In this document: positions 58,897 to 64,000 of the stretch, piece by piece
How the letters are laid out: every line of letters starts with the position of its first letter
Numbering within the stretch: position 1 is the first letter of the stretch
Origin: Amoebophrya sp. A120
Taxonomy: Eukaryota; Protista; Dinoflagellata
Assembly (NCBI GenBank): GCA_905178155.1
Contig: CAJINV010000003.1
Coordinates: 11,520,733-11,584,732 of the forward strand
Direction: 5' to 3'
DNA length: 64,000 bases
Program-made: the position numbers and the translations under genes
The notes under the pieces: generated by a model
Seen by the model: only the letters and a program-made list of their open reading frames with translations
Databases searched by the model: none
Told to the model about the DNA's origin: nothing

Positions 58897-61760
58897 TTAC
58901 TCGAGCGCGCCAGTAAATAGGACGTGCATAATGGCTAATCGATGGGCCCATAAAAAGAAACAGCTCTTGGGCAAGCCGTCGGTGGCATAAAAGTGTCCGG
59001 CTCTTCGTGTCTGGATATCTTTCACAGGTTGCAGATGCTCAGTCTTCAACTCGAAGGCCTTCCGACGGAGCTCCTCCTCCAGGCGATTCCACTTGTCTTT
59101 TTGGACTTCTTTCGGATCACCCTCCGTGATTCCAGCCTTGGCCTGCTTCAGGAGCTTCAAATCGGCGTACTCTCCGTAATGCAGCTCCTTCGCCGCATAC
59201 AACAGTGCTTCTGGGGAAGCAGAGAATTCGCTGACTCTTCCATGCTGAAGTTGATACGCTTTTTCTTCTTCGTCTTGCTATGGATTTCAAAAGTGTCCGC
59301 CTTGTAGACGCATTGACCCTTACGAAAAAAGGTGCCAGCGTAAGTTACTTATCACTTCGATCGACCAGTCGTGCCACTGGGTCACAGCTAGAGCTAAGCG
59401 CAACCTCAGCGGGCAGTGGAAACCACCAATACGGACGAGACCGCACGAGAGCGTGGACATGGGAATCAGCAACCACTACACGGCTATCTACGCCGCCCGA
59501 GAAGCAATACGGACGGGCCCCTTCAGAATCGTGCACAACAAGGGTAGCGACTCACACCTACTGAGCATTGCCCCAAAAATTATTCTGCCCTTGATCTCGT
59601 GTGCTGTTTTCTTGTTTGCCTGATTCTGCATTTTTCCGCCGGTGCCATCATGGCAGGTAAGGATGCGTCAGGGGCGCGCGCTACGAGCAGCAGGCTCTAA
59701 AGCCCAAACTTGCCACCCCGATGCGTTGTGGCCGCCAGGCTGACAGGACAAAAGTCGCGCCTTTGTCGGGCAAAAAAGTCGCGCTCATCAATTTTCGGAT
59801 TCCCACGGCAAGGCCCCTCGCTTGATTGTAAGACAACAAAAATCCCGCTTTTGGTTTTGGCTATCTGTTTCGTCCTGGGAAGCCAATTTTTTTTTTAGAC
59901 CTCCTGGAGTGCAAGCCGATGGCTTTGGTGTGGTGTAGAGGTAGATCTAGCTGTGCTTGTAGTGCATGTAGATGTACTTGAGTGCATAGACATACGGCGA
60001 GTCACAGCAGTTTGAAATATGTAGAAAAGCCTCGCCATCCGACTGCCTGCAATTGTGCGCTCCTCCCCTCACTCACTCGCATCTACGTCGTGCTGTCACT
60101 GTCCTGTCGCAGAAAATCAACACTGGCATCTTGTCAGTAGCACCTGCAAAGACGACGGCGCGGCTTCACATATGCAAATAAGAAACAGTGCAAAGTATCT
60201 CCATAGTGACGTAAACGTAATGCGGCCCGACTAAAGCTGACACGTGTTCCGGTTGTACGTATTCCTTCCACCGCTTCAGCTGCACACCTTCCGCCTCCTC
60301 AACTTTCAGCCGCGCTTCCTCGTCTACATTTGATGCGTTGGCCAACGTTTCAGACAATCGTGCTCTTTCTGCTTCTGCTTCGGCGCGTTCTGCAGAAAGC
60401 CGACTCAGATGCGGGTCATCTGCTATACTACGCAAAGTGGAAACCCTCATCATAAAGCAATCTGAAAGAGATGAAGTAAGTCCGAATTCTTGATAAAAAG
60501 TAGCATCTCTACGGTAGTTTCGATGTCGCTTTTGGTCAACGCCACGGAGGACGCCAGCAGCACGCACGACATCGACACCACGACGTGGTCGCGCATTATA
60601 CAAAATGATCATCATGATGAAGATGGCAATTGTGCGTAGGATACCGTCGCGAGCTGGTGAAGGAGTGTCACTAGATCGTGGTTTAGGCACAGTGGACTGG
60701 CCATCTATCAAGCAGTGCCAAACGCGTCCTAGTCACAAGCTGCCACGCGCGCACCTTCTGTCTCACTGTCATTGCTGCACCACGACATCAGAAGTGGCGG
60801 GCGCGGGTGGTGCTTTCGATTTATTACTTTTTGCCCTTTTCACTCAGATTTCATAGCGCAGCTTCTACATATATCCAAATATACACTTTTGATTTTTCCG
60901 GTGCGGCCGCCATGATGCAAAGGCAAGAGCCAACGTTCTTGAGTTGTATCTTTTCTTGATTGGAAATGCAAAGTAAACTCCGATTCCTGTTTTCTAGATC
61001 CTGGTCCATATTACATCACAGTGCCGCGGCGTTTGGGGGTTCACCAGACTAGTTGTGACCTCACGTTTGTAGCGTGGTGGATATTGGCGCTGCTGGAGCT
61101 GGAGCCCCCCGCCGAGCCTGCAGAGCAGTCCAAGCAGCTCTTGACCTCGGATGCCTTGCAAGCATGTGACGAGCGCAACTGTGGCAAAAATTCGGCTGAC
61201 AGGTCCATTCTTTTTTTTTTGAAATCGTAGAAGACAACGCGACTGACCCTTGATGCCTCTGCTTTACCTAGTAGTACTGTTTTCGTCTCGCCTGTCCTCA
61301 TCAGGAGTTATTTTACGTGCATGGATCCAGACTCCGCCACTACTCAGGATAAACTTCCTCCGTCCAGGATATTACCGCGGAACAAGCAACAAGTCGCATT
61401 GTGCTACAAAATGAAAAAACAAAAATTCCACAGATATTGTTGTGCTCACAGTTGAGATCGTCACTCCTCCTGAGCGGGGCATAATGCGCCGCGCAGCCGA
61501 TACTTCTTCTCCACCTTCTTGGTTTCCAGAAAGCCATCGGACTTCATCTTGCCGTCGGGTGTAGCCGAGGTGGGCGCCGATTCACCTTCTTCATCCGTGC
61601 CAACATTCGCTGACGGAGCGGGAGCACGATTAGCGACTGTGCCAGTGTCGTCACGCTCCGCTCCTTCCAGGTGCTCAGCCGGATCAGACCTGTTGTGTCC
61701 ACTCACATCCACCGCGGCCACCTCGTTGAGCAGGTAGACCGTGCGCGAAAGCTTCCGCAT
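58897..61760 (-). other. Possible exon fragments of an uncharacterised or decaying gene
   Basis: Protein-like charged ORF pieces at 58897-59202, ~60230-60430 and 61461-61760. No recognisable domain, and the junctions are not resolved. Confidence 0.25.
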
Positions 61761-64000
61761 GATGGATCTCGACGGGATTTACCGGAGGAAGTTCAGGCCT
61801 GTCGGTGCGATTTTGCCACATACATATAACGCAGCAAGAAGAAAGAACACACAATTTTTCGTTTCACATCGAGCAATTATGATCTAAGGGCTAATTGTAG
61901 TTCTTACATCCTCAGCAAAGGCGAGTAGATCATCTTCAGCAGTGGTTCTGCTTGCTTTATTAAACAAGGCGAGGGAAAACAGAATAGCTGAAAAATCGCG
62001 GACCTCGTATATGATCTTCCTCACGCCGAGCTGCTGGTGCTGGCGTTAGTCAGACAGGAGAATTCAAGGGAGCGTTGTAAGACAGCTGGTTCCCGCTCCT
62101 GTTGTAATCAAACATCGCATGCAGTGAAAAAAAGTGCGCTCATCTGCATCCGTCCTTTCTTTACAACGAACAGCTACTGACTTCTCGCTCCAGTGCCTAA
62201 ATTACTTGCCAACTTGGAAAGGAAAATAGTAAAACTCAAAATTCAGTAGCAAACATCACCAGACATTTTTCATGATAACGTGGCCAAACTTCTTTGCCTC
62301 AAAAATCTCCGTCCCCCCTGTTCTTGACCAGCAGCAAACTTCGAGCTGCCGAGCCGTGCAGCGGCCCAACTCAGCGTCTTGGGGTAACGGAAATTAATGA
62401 GGCTAGATCTGCTCCTCCTCCAGCTCAGTTACTCGCTACAGATGGCCTCATCATCATTTTTCCACGCGCCCACCCGTTAGAAACTTTTTACAACTCGTGA
62501 CGATTGCGCATTGGATAAATTTGTAGTGCTGAAAAATTAATGCGCATGCTCCTCCTGGACGAAAACTTTAAAACTACAATTCTTGTACTATCCTCGGTGA
62601 TTAGGTAAGCGGAAGCATCTCAAAACCCGCAGGCCTGTGATACGACCACCTCGTCACTTGATTGCGATTTTTGTATTTGTTAGAACTGAACAGATGCACA
62701 TAGTACTTCTATGCATTTGAACTCGAACGAGAGATAGAGGTACTCTTACTCTTAATTTTAATTTAATTATCAACAATAAAATGGAAATTCATCAAGATGG
62801 AAGGTTGGTCAGAACGTGAGCGTAGATGTGTAAGTGTAAAAGGAATTACAATGCTAAAACAATAGTGTACGTAAGTAAGATCATATGCTGTTTTGCAAGA
62901 AAAGTAAAGCAGTTGTGGATTTTTGCAGTGTGAAAAAAAGTTGTTGAACAAGTAGTACTAGTAGATGCAGATTGTAAGTTTTAAACAGTTATACCAGAAT
63001 CAGAAAAGAAAAACATGAATGCGCCTCAGAGTTGTAGAAAACGCACTTAGCAATAGAATTTTTGTAACTTCCGTCTACGGTTATTGTACATGAAATTTAA
63101 TCAAAGATGATCACAGCTTGGTGCATCAACGTACTTCATCATGTGTTTGATGGCTTTGAAGATAGTAAAGCACGTTCCGTGTGGCGTTCCCTCTCATCGT
63201 CGTGGCGTTTCGTAGTTTCCGGAACAGAAAAGAACTACATGAAGCCTCGCCAATCACGTTGAAATGAACCCCCGCCAGCACCACAAAGCAAAAACACTCC
63301 AGAAAGCCACCCTCTACCTCGTGTCGTCCTTTGCGTCGCGTGCGCAAGGTGCGCTGCGGACGCATCGCCCAAATTCGCTTTATTCAGGAGTGCTGCATTC
63401 GCTTAGTGGGCTCTTCGGGGGTATTTTTCAAAATGATACGGTCGTGGCGAAGTCAAGTAGTTCAGGCGGCAAAAACCCCAGGTGGTGCAGCTATCACGTC
63501 GAAAAAAACCAGCATACATAGGCACCTCATCATGGTTGAATGAATCAAATACGAAAAAACGCCTGCAGGTGTCCGTTCACCAGAGAAGACTTTAATTCAC
63601 TTTACTAGCCAGACGATATCGAAGATTGGAAATGGTCGGCTCTGCACCAGCTGCATTGAATCCAAATGCAAATCATTTCGCTACCTATACTAGCTTTTTT
63701 CTTACGTGAGATACGTGCGATGGTATCAACTTGGAAAAAATTCGCCTCCATGAGAAGTGCTGGAGAGGCTTGCGTAGCAGGGAACACAGCCTTTTCTTTC
63801 CCGACCAGAGGAAGTTTTCTGGTTGCTGTATGAGGATGTTCCACCTTGCACATGGAAGACTTACAGAGCTGTTGCATGATGGAGTTGGTTTTTTCCAAAT
63901 GGTATCCCACCGCGTAATTACACCCGCCCGCCGCCGGCTAACAGCACTTTTTCTTGTCGGACTTGGATTATGGAGGGGGCTCAGCTCTGACAACGCTAAC

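Overview
Eukaryotic, intron-rich DNA in which every recognisable gene lies on the minus strand. The features suggest a syndinian dinoflagellate such as Amoebophrya; this is an inference. Genes, left to right: an intronless NRPS-like protein (adenylation, carrier, ankyrin and zinc-knuckle domains), a ~2,200-aa NIMA/NEK kinase, a divergent U2AF65, a giant EF-hand protein, a multi-pass membrane protein, EFHC1/Rib72, a cold-shock-domain protein and a polypeptide GalNAc-transferase. The dominant signal is 29 short (132-337 bp) non-coding elements inserted inside coding exons. Nearly all run TAT...ATA, they carry terminal inverted repeats (TIRs) from at least 5 families, and they sit between 5-bp target-site duplications (TSDs; 16 are perfect). 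For 28 of the 29, removing the element plus one 5-bp flank restores the reading frame and conserved motifs, mostly without GT-AG ends. They therefore look like MITE-derived non-canonical introns (introners), and the same family occurs in both orientations. Separately, a 1.1-kb insertion is bounded by a 41-bp exonic duplication containing CAG|GTATTG, which would make it a newly created, perfectly spliceable GT-AG intron. No transposase, RNA gene or CRISPR array was seen. All gene models are manual and lack transcript support.
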